The notes beneath the pieces were generated by a model, which worked only from the letters and a program-made list of their open reading frames with translations, was not told the origin of the DNA and did no database searches. Positions 9,213 through 17,074 of a stretch of DNA of 56,917 bases are shown piece after piece; within the stretch, counting starts at the first letter, position 1, and every line of letters begins with the position of its first letter. The translations under genes were made by a program, and so were the position numbers. This DNA is from Candidatus Saccharimonadales bacterium (lineage in GTDB: Bacteria; Eisenbacteria; RBG-16-71-46; JACRLI01). The DNA lies in assembly GCA_035542815.1 (NCBI GenBank), contig DATKKS010000005.1, positions 1 to 56,917 on the forward strand. Direction: 5' to 3'.

Positions 9213-9823
9213 GAGGCTCCTCCGTCCCGGGCGCGCCCGGGCGCTCCGGCCAGCACCCGGCGCACCGCCTCCTCGGGGTCGCGGGCGAACGACACCAGGG
9301 CCAGGGCTTCCGCCGGGAGGCCCAGGCCGCCCGGGCCCGCGGACAGCAGCTCCTGCAGCCCCGGCCCCATCACCACCAGGGGCGCGGGCCGGCGGGCCCC
9401 GACCCACATCAGGTTCCACACCAGGAACAGCTCCACCGCGGTGCCGATCCCCCCGGGCAGGACCAGGAAGCCGTCCGGCTCCTCGGTGAGCACCCGCAGC
9501 CGCTCGAAGAGGTCCGGCGTGGGCTGCTCCACGCTCAGGTAGGCGTTGGGGCGGCGCCCCCGGAAGGAGTCCACGGTCACCCCGATGGTGCGGCCGCCGG
9601 CCTCGCGCGCGGCCCGGCTCACCGCCTCCATCACCCCGCCGTAGCCGCCGCTCATCACCACCGCGCCGCGCTCCGCCAGGCGCCGGCCCACCTCGGCCGC
9701 CAGGGCCGCCTCGGGCGAGCCGGGCGCGGCGGTGGAGCTGCCGTACACGGCGATGATCCGGCCCCCGGCGGGGCCGCCCCGGGCCTCCGCCCCGCGGGGG
9801 GCCGCGGCGCCCGCGGCGCTCAC
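9209..9823 (-). CDS. LOG-family (TIGR00730-type) nucleotide phosphoribohydrolase-like protein
   Basis: Carries the PGGIGTAVELF (PGGxGTxxE) and MSGGYGGVMEA motifs. GTG at 9823 overlaps the kynU stop (GTGA). The long upstream part of the track ORF is antisense to kynU and was rejected. Confidence 0.78.
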   Translation of the reverse strand: MSAAGAAAPRGAEARGGPAGGRIIAVYGSSTAAPGSPEAALAAEVGRRLAERGAVVMSGGYGGVMEAVSRAAREAGGRTIGVTVDSFRGRRPNAYLSVEQPTPDLFERLRVLTEEPDGFLVLPGGIGTAVELFLVWNLMWVGARRPAPLVVMGPGLQELLSAGPGGLGLPAEALALVSFARDPEEAVRRVLAGAPGRARDGGAS

Positions 9824-10998
9824 CGCCCGACCTCCCGGCTGATCCGGTGCAGCTGCTGCACCGCCTCGTCCAGCTCGTCCTCGCGGGTGTAGAAGTGCGG
9901 CGACATGCGCACCCCCGCGTCGGGCCGCCAGTCCACGATGATCTCGCGGCGGATCAGCTGCTCCGCCACGCGGTCCGGGTGCGGCACGTCGAAGCTCACC
10001 GTGCCCCCGCGCCGCCCGGGCTCGCGCGGGGTGCGGGTGCGGATGCCCAGCTCGCGGGCCCACTCCAGCATCCGCCCGGTCAGGCGCAGGCTCTTCTCGC
10101 GGATGGCCGGCACGCCCACCCGGCGCACGATCTCGTACCCCGGGCGGGCCGCGTACAGGCACGGCACGTGCGGGGTGCCGTTGAGGAAGCGGTAGGGACC
10201 CGCGGCCAGCTCCATGCGCGGCTCGAAGGCGAACGGCCGCTGGTGGGCCATCCAGCCGGTGAACGCCGGCTCCAGGCGCTCGCGCAGCGCGGGCTTCACG
10301 TACAGGTAGCCGGCCCCCGGCCCGCCGCACAGCCACTTCACCGAGCCGCCGGCCAGCACGTCCAGGTCCCAGGCGGCCACGTCCACCGGCAGCGTGCCCA
10401 CCGACTGGTAGGCGTCCAGCATCACGATCGCGCCCACCTCGTGGGCCCGGCGGATCACCGGCTCCACGTCCACCACGTAGGCGCTGCGGAAGAGCACGTG
10501 CGAGAGGGCCACCACCCGGGTGCGCTCGTCGATCCGCTCCACGATCCGCTCCGCGGGCACCGAGATGCCGTCGGCCGAGGGCACCGGCACCAGCCGCGCG
10601 CCGCGCCGGGCCTCGCCCTGGTACAGGTACACCACCGAGGGAAAATCCAGCTCGGTGTACACCAGGCCGTCGCGCTCCGGCGGGTAGTCCAGCGCCGAGA
10701 GCACGATGGCCTCGGCGGTGGTGACGTTGGGCAGCATGGTCACGGTGTCGGGCGGGGCGCCGATGAGCGGGGCCAGCAGGTTCCCCAGCTCCACCGCCAG
10801 CTCCCACCAGCCCTCGTTCCAGGCCCGCACGCCGCGCGCCTCCCACGTGTCCGAGTACTCCCGGAGCGCGGCGTGCACGCCGCGCGGCATGGCCCCCAGG
10901 GAGTGGCTGATCATGTAGATGGTCCGCTCCAGGATCGCGAACTCGTGGCGGTGCTCCAGGAGCGGGTCGGCGGCGGCAGGCGCGGCGGGAGTCGGCAT
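9820..10998 (-). CDS. kynU: Kynureninase (class V aminotransferase fold)
   Basis: ATG at 10998. Starts MPTPAAPAAADPLLEHRHEFAILERTIYMISHSLGAMP. PLP-lysine context GGSVKWLCGGPGAGYLYV. Confidence 0.85.
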   Translation of the reverse strand: MPTPAAPAAADPLLEHRHEFAILERTIYMISHSLGAMPRGVHAALREYSDTWEARGVRAWNEGWWELAVELGNLLAPLIGAPPDTVTMLPNVTTAEAIVLSALDYPPERDGLVYTELDFPSVVYLYQGEARRGARLVPVPSADGISVPAERIVERIDERTRVVALSHVLFRSAYVVDVEPVIRRAHEVGAIVMLDAYQSVGTLPVDVAAWDLDVLAGGSVKWLCGGPGAGYLYVKPALRERLEPAFTGWMAHQRPFAFEPRMELAAGPYRFLNGTPHVPCLYAARPGYEIVRRVGVPAIREKSLRLTGRMLEWARELGIRTRTPREPGRRGGTVSFDVPHPDRVAEQLIRREIIVDWRPDAGVRMSPHFYTREDELDEAVQQLHRISREVGR

Positions 10999-11141
10999 GC
11001 GTGGACCTCGCGGGTGAGGGTGGCGGGGCGGCGCCTCCCGGCCGGGGGGGCGCCGGGGGCCTCCATTATAGCCCACCGCCGCCGCCGAATCCGCAGCCGC
11101 GCGGCGGCCGGCCGGCGCTGCCGGGCGGGCGGCGGCCCGCG

Positions 11142-11990
11142 CTACTGGGCCGGCGGCCAGCCGACCCAGCGGATGCCGGGCACGCCCCGGAAGCGCCGCG
11201 CCATCACTTCCAGGGCCTCGGGGTTGTCGTCGGCCAGGACGAAGCGGCGGCCCAGGGCCAGGCACGCCGCGCCGGTGGTGCCGCTCCCGGCGAAAAAGTC
11301 CAGCACCGTGTCCCCCGGGCGCGAGGAGGCCGCCACGATGCGGGTGAGGATCCCGAGCGGCTTCTGGGTGGGGTAGCCGGTGCGCTCCGGGCCGCGCGTC
11401 GGCACGATGGTGTGCCACCACGTGTCGGTGGGCAGCTTGCCGCGCGCGGCCTTCTCCGGCCCCACCAGCCCGGGCGCCATGTAGGGGATGCGCTGCACCG
11501 CGTCGGCGTTGAAGGTGTAGCCGGCGGGGTCGCGCGCGTACACCAGGATGTTGTCGTGCTTGGGCGGCCACTTCCGGCGGGTGCGCGCGCCGTAGTCGTA
11601 CGCCCAGATCACCTCGTTGAGGAAGCACTCCCGGCCGAAGATGCCGTCCAGGAGCACCTTGCAGTAGTGGACCTCCCGGTAGTCGATGTGGAGGTAGAGG
11701 CTCCCGCGCGGCGCGAGGACCCGGCGGGCCTCCACCAGGCGCGGCTCGAGGAAGCCCAGGTAGTCGTCGAACAGGTCCGCGAAGGACCGCGTGCCGAGCG
11801 GCAGCGTCCGGTAGCGCTTCCCCCCGAAGCCGGTGCGGTCGCCGGCCTTCGAGCGGACCGTCCGGATCCGGGTGCGCGCCTGACGCCGGCCGGTGTTGAA
11901 CGGCGGGTCGATGTAGATCAGCCCGGCCGAGCCGGCCGGCAGCCGCCGGAGCAGCGGCAGGTTGTCGCCGAAGTGGATCTCGTGCCGCAT
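11142..11990 (-). CDS. Beta-class DNA methyltransferase (N6-adenine or N4-cytosine)
   Basis: Motif IV IYIDPPFNTG is near the N-terminus and motif I LDFFAGSGTTGAA is near the C-terminus, which is the beta-class order. No endonuclease-like gene is adjacent. Confidence 0.88.
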   Translation of the reverse strand: MRHEIHFGDNLPLLRRLPAGSAGLIYIDPPFNTGRRQARTRIRTVRSKAGDRTGFGGKRYRTLPLGTRSFADLFDDYLGFLEPRLVEARRVLAPRGSLYLHIDYREVHYCKVLLDGIFGRECFLNEVIWAYDYGARTRRKWPPKHDNILVYARDPAGYTFNADAVQRIPYMAPGLVGPEKAARGKLPTDTWWHTIVPTRGPERTGYPTQKPLGILTRIVAASSRPGDTVLDFFAGSGTTGAACLALGRRFVLADDNPEALEVMARRFRGVPGIRWVGWPPAQ

Positions 11991-12104
11991 CGCGCCTCCC
12001 CCGCGGCCCCCGACACTAGCACAGGCGGCCCGCGGCGGAATCCAACGCCACGGCCCCGGGCGGCACGCCGCCCGGGGCCTCGCGTTTTCGGGCTTCCGGA
12101 GGAT

Positions 12105-12509
12105 CTAGGCCAGGCCGCTCTGGCAGAAGCGGCACTTCTTGGCCACCGCCAGCACGCTCTCGCCGCAGGTCGGGCAGGTCTTCATGGGCGGGCCGGCCGG
12201 GGCCGGGGCCGGCCGGATCAGCGCCTTGGTGACCATGAACACCACGAAGGCGATGATCACGAAGTCCACCACGTTGCCCACGAACGCCCCGTACTTGACC
12301 GCGTTGGCGACGCTCCCGTCGGCCTTGTGCGACAGCGCCAGCTCCAGGTCGCGCCACGCCCCGCCCGGGATCAGCAGGCCGATGACCGGCATCAGCACGT
12401 CGCCCACCAGGGACGAGACCACCTTGCCCACCGCGCCGCCGATGATCACGCCCACGGCCAGCGCCAGTGCGTTGGTCTGCATCAGGAACTTCTTGAACTC
12501 GTTCCACAT
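12105..12509 (-). CDS. mscL: Large-conductance mechanosensitive channel with a C-terminal CxxC...CxxC zinc-ribbon
   Basis: ATG at 12509 follows AAGGAGG plus 6 nt. Starts MWNEFKKFLMQTNALALAVGVIIGGAVGKVVSSLVGDVLMP, a typical MscL TM1. The tail is KTCPTCGESVLAVAKKCRFCQSG. Confidence 0.88.
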   Translation of the reverse strand: MWNEFKKFLMQTNALALAVGVIIGGAVGKVVSSLVGDVLMPVIGLLIPGGAWRDLELALSHKADGSVANAVKYGAFVGNVVDFVIIAFVVFMVTKALIRPAPAPAGPPMKTCPTCGESVLAVAKKCRFCQSGLA

Positions 12510-12701
12510 GATCGGCCTCCTTGCGGATGGTGGGAGCGCCACGGCCGCCGGCCCGCGCTTCACGCCGGCGGGCCGGCCCCGCCCCGGGATGGACGCCACG
12601 CGGCGCGATGAGTATGGTAGATTCCGTACGCTGGACCCAGCGGCATGTCAACCTCAAACCGGCCCGCCGACCCGCGGGCCCAAGCCCAAGGAAGGCCGCC
12701 C

Positions 12702-13838
12702 ATGAGCAGCCAGACCGCCCCGGCCCCCGCGTCCTCGGCCCTCGCGCCCTCCAAGGTGCGCTGCGTGGGCATCCTCACCGCCGGGGGCGACTGTCCGGGC
12801 CTCAACGCGGTGATCCGGGCGGTGTACAAGACCGCCCACTTCCGCTACGGCATGGACGTCATCGGCATCGAGGACGGCTTCGCCGGGGCCCTCGAGAACC
12901 GCATGAAGCCGCTCGACATGGGCCTCATCCGCGGCATCCTGCCCCTGGGCGGGACCATCCTGGGCAGCAGCAACCGCGACGACCCGTTCCGGGTGCCGCA
13001 CCTGTCCGGCGGGCAGAAGACCTACGAGGACCGCTCCGACGACGTGCTGTCGAACCTGCAGCGGGCCGGCGTCCAGGCCCTGGTGGCGGTGGGCGGCGAC
13101 GGCACGCTGACCATGTCCTACAAGCTCTCCCAGAAGGGCCTGTCGGTGGTGGGCGTGCCCAAGACCATCGACAACGATCTCTCGGCCACCGACGTCACGT
13201 TCGGGTTCGACTCGGCGCTGCGGGTGGCCACCCAGGCGGTGGACATGCTGCACACCACCGCCGAGGCCCACCACCGGGTGATGGTGGTGGAGGTGATGGG
13301 CCGCTACGCCGGCTGGATCGCGCTGGAGTCGGCCATGGCCGGCGGCGCGGACATCGTGCTCATCCCCGAGATCCCCTTCCACCTGGACCGGGTGTACGAG
13401 CAGATCCGGGACCGGCTGCGCCGCGGCAGCAAGTTCTCCATCGTGGTGGTGGGGGAGGGCGCCAAGCCCGCGGGCGGCTCCGAGATCGTGCAGAAGCGCA
13501 TCGAGGACAGCACCGACCCCATCCGCCTGGGCGGGATCGGGAACTGGCTGGCGCAACACATCGAGGAGGAGACCAAGATCGAGACCCGGGTCACGGTCCT
13601 GGGACACCTCCAGCGCAGCGGCCCGCCCACGCCCTTCGACCGGGTGCTGGGCACCCGGTTGGGGGTGATGGCGGCGGACCTGGTCGCCCGCGGGGAGTTC
13701 GGGCGGATGGCCTCGCTGCGCGGCACCGAGATCGTCTCGGTCCCGCTCCAGGACGCCGTGGCCCAGCCGCGGAACGTGAACCCCGACGGCTCCGAGGTGC
13801 GTGCCGCCCGCGCGGTGGGGATGACCTTCGGAGACTAG
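12702..13838 (+). CDS. pfkA: 6-phosphofructokinase (ATP-dependent type by the GGDGT motif)
   Basis: Motifs GGDCPGLNAVIR, VGGDGT, PKTIDNDL and MGRYAGW. The ATG at 12702 is preceded by AAGGAAGG. An alternative in-frame ATG at 12645 lacks an SD. Confidence 0.9.
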   Translation: MSSQTAPAPASSALAPSKVRCVGILTAGGDCPGLNAVIRAVYKTAHFRYGMDVIGIEDGFAGALENRMKPLDMGLIRGILPLGGTILGSSNRDDPFRVPHLSGGQKTYEDRSDDVLSNLQRAGVQALVAVGGDGTLTMSYKLSQKGLSVVGVPKTIDNDLSATDVTFGFDSALRVATQAVDMLHTTAEAHHRVMVVEVMGRYAGWIALESAMAGGADIVLIPEIPFHLDRVYEQIRDRLRRGSKFSIVVVGEGAKPAGGSEIVQKRIEDSTDPIRLGGIGNWLAQHIEEETKIETRVTVLGHLQRSGPPTPFDRVLGTRLGVMAADLVARGEFGRMASLRGTEIVSVPLQDAVAQPRNVNPDGSEVRAARAVGMTFGD

Positions 13839-13844
13839 GCGGCT

Positions 13845-14414
13845 CTAGGGCGCGGGCACCTTCCCCCGGACCTGGGTGAAGTAGACCTCCCGGGTCAGCC
13901 CCAGCAGCGTCACGTCCTTCCACTGGCCGTCCCGGAACTCGTGGGCGGCGAGCTGCCCTTCCACCGGCGCGAACTTCTTGAACAGCTCGATCGAGCGCAG
14001 GTTGTCGGACAGGACGTAGATGTACAGCTTGTGCAGGGCCAGCTCCGAGAAGGCGTACTCGAACAGGCAGTTGAGCACCTCCACCCCCAGGTGCTTCCCC
14101 CAGTGCTCCTTCTCGCCCAGGATGATGCTCACCACCCCGCGGCCCTTGCGCCAGTCGATGTCCGAGACGGCGCAGTAGCCGATCGGGACGGGCGCGGGCC
14201 CCGAGGCGGCGCCCTCGCCGGCGTGCAGGACCAGCAGGAACACGTCCCGCCCCCCGCGGATCATCCGGTCGTACCAGATCTCCTGGCCCAGGTCGGTGCA
14301 CGGCAGGGAGGAGAAGAAGGACTCCCGGATGTCGGGGTCGTTGCGCCACTGCTTGAGCAGCCCCAGGTGCTCCCGCTCCACCGGGACCAGCTTGACTCGC
14401 TTTCCGAAGAGCAT
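13845..14414 (-). CDS. GNAT-family N-acetyltransferase (RimJ/RimL-like)
   Basis: 189 aa with an acetyltransferase-fold pattern (VVSIILGEKEHWGKHLGVEVLNCLFEYAFSELALHKLYIYVLSDN). GGAGG lies before the ATG. Confidence 0.82.
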   Translation of the reverse strand: MLFGKRVKLVPVEREHLGLLKQWRNDPDIRESFFSSLPCTDLGQEIWYDRMIRGGRDVFLLVLHAGEGAASGPAPVPIGYCAVSDIDWRKGRGVVSIILGEKEHWGKHLGVEVLNCLFEYAFSELALHKLYIYVLSDNLRSIELFKKFAPVEGQLAAHEFRDGQWKDVTLLGLTREVYFTQVRGKVPAP

Positions 14415-14457
14415 GCGCCCTCCATCCCCCGCGCGCAGCCGCGCGGCGGGCGGCCGC

Positions 14458-15582
14458 CTAGCTGAGGAACGCCTTCACCTGCGCCACCACGACCTCGAAG
14501 ATCTCGTCGGTCATGTCGTAGTACAGAGGCAACGTCACGATCTCCTTCCACACCCGGTCGGTCACCGGGAGCGGCTGGGCGTACGGCTTGAAGACCGGCT
14601 GAAGGTGGTTCGGGATGTAGTGGACGCCCACGTCAATCCAGTGGTCCTTCAGGGCGTCCATCAGCGCGTCGCGGTTCTGCACCCGCACCACGTAGAAGAA
14701 GTGGGCGGTCTCGTCGTAGTTCCGCTGCAGCAGCGTGACCCCCGGGAGCCCGCGCAACGCCTCGTCGTACTTGCGCACGTAGCGGCGCTTCTTGTCCATG
14801 AACTGCTGGAGCTTCCGGAGCTGGCACAGGCCGATGGCGGCGTTGATGTTGCTCATGTGGTAGCGGTAGCCGAGGGTGGTGACGTCGTAGAACCACCCGC
14901 GGTGCTCGCGGTAGCGCCGGTAGGTCTCCTTCTGCACCCCCAGGATCCGCTTGGTGCGGACCAGCTCCGCCATCGCGTCGCTCTCGGTGCACACCGCGCC
15001 GCCCTCGCCGCAGGTGATGTTCTTGATCGGGTCGAAGCTGAAGCAGGTGGCGTCCCCGAAGGTGCCGATGTACCGCCCGTGGTAGCGCGAGCCGAAGGCG
15101 TGCGCGCCGTCCTCCAGCAGCAGCAGGCCGCGCTCGCGGCACAGCGCGGTGAGCGCGTCCAGGTCGCACGCCTGGCCGCCGTAGTGCACCGGCAGGAGGG
15201 CCTTGGTCCGGGGCGTGATCCGCCGGCGGGCGTCCTCCACGTCCATGTTCAGGGTGTCCTCGCGCACGTCGCAGAACACCGGCGCCGCGCCGGTCTGGAG
15301 GATCGCCTGGATGGTGGCCACGAAGGTCAGGGACGGCACCACCACCTCGTCCCCCGGCCCGATGCCGAGGGCGTCGAGGGCGATGTGGATGGCGGAGGTG
15401 CCGGTGTTGACCGCGATGACGTGCTTCGCCCCCAGCAGCTCCTTGACCCGCTCCTCGAACTCCTTCACCACCGTCCCGATGCCGAGCCACCGCGAGTTGA
15501 AGACCGCCCGGACGGCGTCCACCTCCTCCTCGCCGAGGGAGGGCAGCTGGAGCGGGATGTGCTGGGACGAAGCGGAGTGCAT
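14458..15582 (-). CDS. DegT/DnrJ/EryC1/StrS-family sugar aminotransferase
   Basis: ATG at 15582 follows GGAGG. Family blocks include LPSLGEEEVDAVRAVFNSRWLG, AVNTGTSAIHIAL, SFDPIKNITCGEGG (PLP Lys) and YRYHMSNINAAIG. Confidence 0.9.
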   Translation of the reverse strand: MHSASSQHIPLQLPSLGEEEVDAVRAVFNSRWLGIGTVVKEFEERVKELLGAKHVIAVNTGTSAIHIALDALGIGPGDEVVVPSLTFVATIQAILQTGAAPVFCDVREDTLNMDVEDARRRITPRTKALLPVHYGGQACDLDALTALCRERGLLLLEDGAHAFGSRYHGRYIGTFGDATCFSFDPIKNITCGEGGAVCTESDAMAELVRTKRILGVQKETYRRYREHRGWFYDVTTLGYRYHMSNINAAIGLCQLRKLQQFMDKKRRYVRKYDEALRGLPGVTLLQRNYDETAHFFYVVRVQNRDALMDALKDHWIDVGVHYIPNHLQPVFKPYAQPLPVTDRVWKEIVTLPLYYDMTDEIFEVVVAQVKAFLS

Positions 15583-15771
15583 GGATGGGCCTCCGTGGGC
15601 GTGAATGCCGGCTGAGGACGCCGCGCGCTTCCGATGCCCGGCCAGGGTAGCCGATGGCCGGGGTGGTGTCCACGCGGGGGCGGGCGTGGCGCGGTGCGGC
15701 GGGCGCATGGGCGTGCGCCCCCAGGCGCAGACGGCCGCGGCGCCCAGCGGCGGGCGCATTGCCATGCGCCC

Positions 15772-16863
15772 CTACAGGCGGCCGGCTTGCTGCGCGGCGG
15801 CCTTGAGGTCCGCCAGCATCGGCCCGCGCTCGCGGTACAGCCGCCGCAGCGGGCGCGGCGCGTGCCGCGCCAGGGCGTAGGCGGCGAGAATGGGCAGGCC
15901 CACGGTGCTGTCCAGGTAGCACACCACCGTGCCGGGGAGCTGCGAGGGGTCCACCTTGCCCCAGGACACCGCTTCGGACGGGGTGGCGCCGGAGAGCCCG
16001 CCGGTGTCGGGCCGCGCGTCGGTGATCTGCAGGAAGTAGTCGTGCCCCTGCTCCTCGATCCCCAGGACCTCCTGGATCTGGGGCTCGGTCTGGAGCACGA
16101 AGTTCTTGGGGCTCCCGCCGCCGATCAGCAGCACGCCGCTCTTCCCGCCGCGCTTGGCGCGCAGCACCAGCGCCGCGGTCTCGTTCACGTCCAGGTTGGG
16201 ATCCAGCACCAGCTGCGAGCCGAACAGCGCCTTGCCGGCGATGTTCATGCCGATGGAGCTGTCGCCCGGGGAGCTGGTGTACACCGGCACGTCGCACTGC
16301 CAGCACACCGAGAGCAGCGAGCGGTCGCCGCGCCCCAGGAGCTTCTCGCGCTCGGCCAGGTACTTGCCCGCCAGCCAGTGGAACTCCGCGCTGCCCATGG
16401 GGCGCTGGAACTCGGGGGCCTCGATCATCTGGCGGAAGAACTCGTCGGTGGACAGCAGCACGTGGTAGTCGAAGAAGATGTCGTAGATGCGCACCACGCC
16501 GTGCCGGCGCAGGTCCACGTCGCTGGCCATGGGGCTGCCCAGGTGCATCGGCAGGTCCAGTGCGTAGTGGGCGTCGTGGTACAGGTTGGCCCCGGTGGAC
16601 ACCACCCAGTCCACCATCCCGGCGCGGATCAGCGGGATGAGCGCCGAGATCCCCACGCCCGCCGGAGTCAGGGCGCCGGTCAGCGACATCCCCACCACCA
16701 CGTCGGGCTCCAGCATGCGCTCCGCGAACAGCCGGCAGCCCTCGCGCAGGCGGGCGGCGTTGTAGGCGAGGAAGGTATGCTCCACCAGCTCGGCCACGGT
16801 GGTGGCCGGGGTGATGGGCCGCGGCTCCAGCCGCGGGCCGGAGAGGTAGCGATGGCCGGGCAT
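15772..16863 (-). CDS. Deoxyhypusine synthase-like protein (DHS/homospermidine-synthase family)
   Basis: ATG at 16863 follows AAGGAG. Blocks include [38 protein letters not shown] and [17 protein letters not shown]. Confidence 0.82.
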   Translation of the reverse strand: MPGHRYLSGPRLEPRPITPATTVAELVEHTFLAYNAARLREGCRLFAERMLEPDVVVGMSLTGALTPAGVGISALIPLIRAGMVDWVVSTGANLYHDAHYALDLPMHLGSPMASDVDLRRHGVVRIYDIFFDYHVLLSTDEFFRQMIEAPEFQRPMGSAEFHWLAGKYLAEREKLLGRGDRSLLSVCWQCDVPVYTSSPGDSSIGMNIAGKALFGSQLVLDPNLDVNETAALVLRAKRGGKSGVLLIGGGSPKNFVLQTEPQIQEVLGIEEQGHDYFLQITDARPDTGGLSGATPSEAVSWGKVDPSQLPGTVVCYLDSTVGLPILAAYALARHAPRPLRRLYRERGPMLADLKAAAQQAGRL

Positions 16864-17074
16864 CGGGCGCTCCTTGTGAAGGCGTGGTCGGTGGGGCACG
16901 GCGGGAAGCTAGCAGAACGCGGCGGCCGGGCTCAACCGCGAAGCCCCGGGGGCAGGGCGCGCCTGGAGGGCAAACCCCACGTGTGATAGCCTTGCGGCGA
17001 GTTCGGAGCCCAGCAGCCGCCTGCTGCGGAGCGTCGCGGACCCGGCGGTTTCGCCGGCCGCCGCGGCCGGACTC

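Noticed and set aside
10999-12104. A search around the DNA methyltransferase for a restriction endonuclease, specificity subunit or mobile-element gene.
   Set aside because: Only the methyltransferase ORF is credible here. The overlapping plus-strand ORF 11001..12611 is antisense and low-complexity.
12645-12701. A 19-codon N-terminal extension of pfkA from the first ATG.
   Set aside because: It has no SD, whereas AAGGAAGG precedes the ATG at 12702. The extension is Pro/Ala/Arg-rich and not PFK-like. It remains a possible alternative start.
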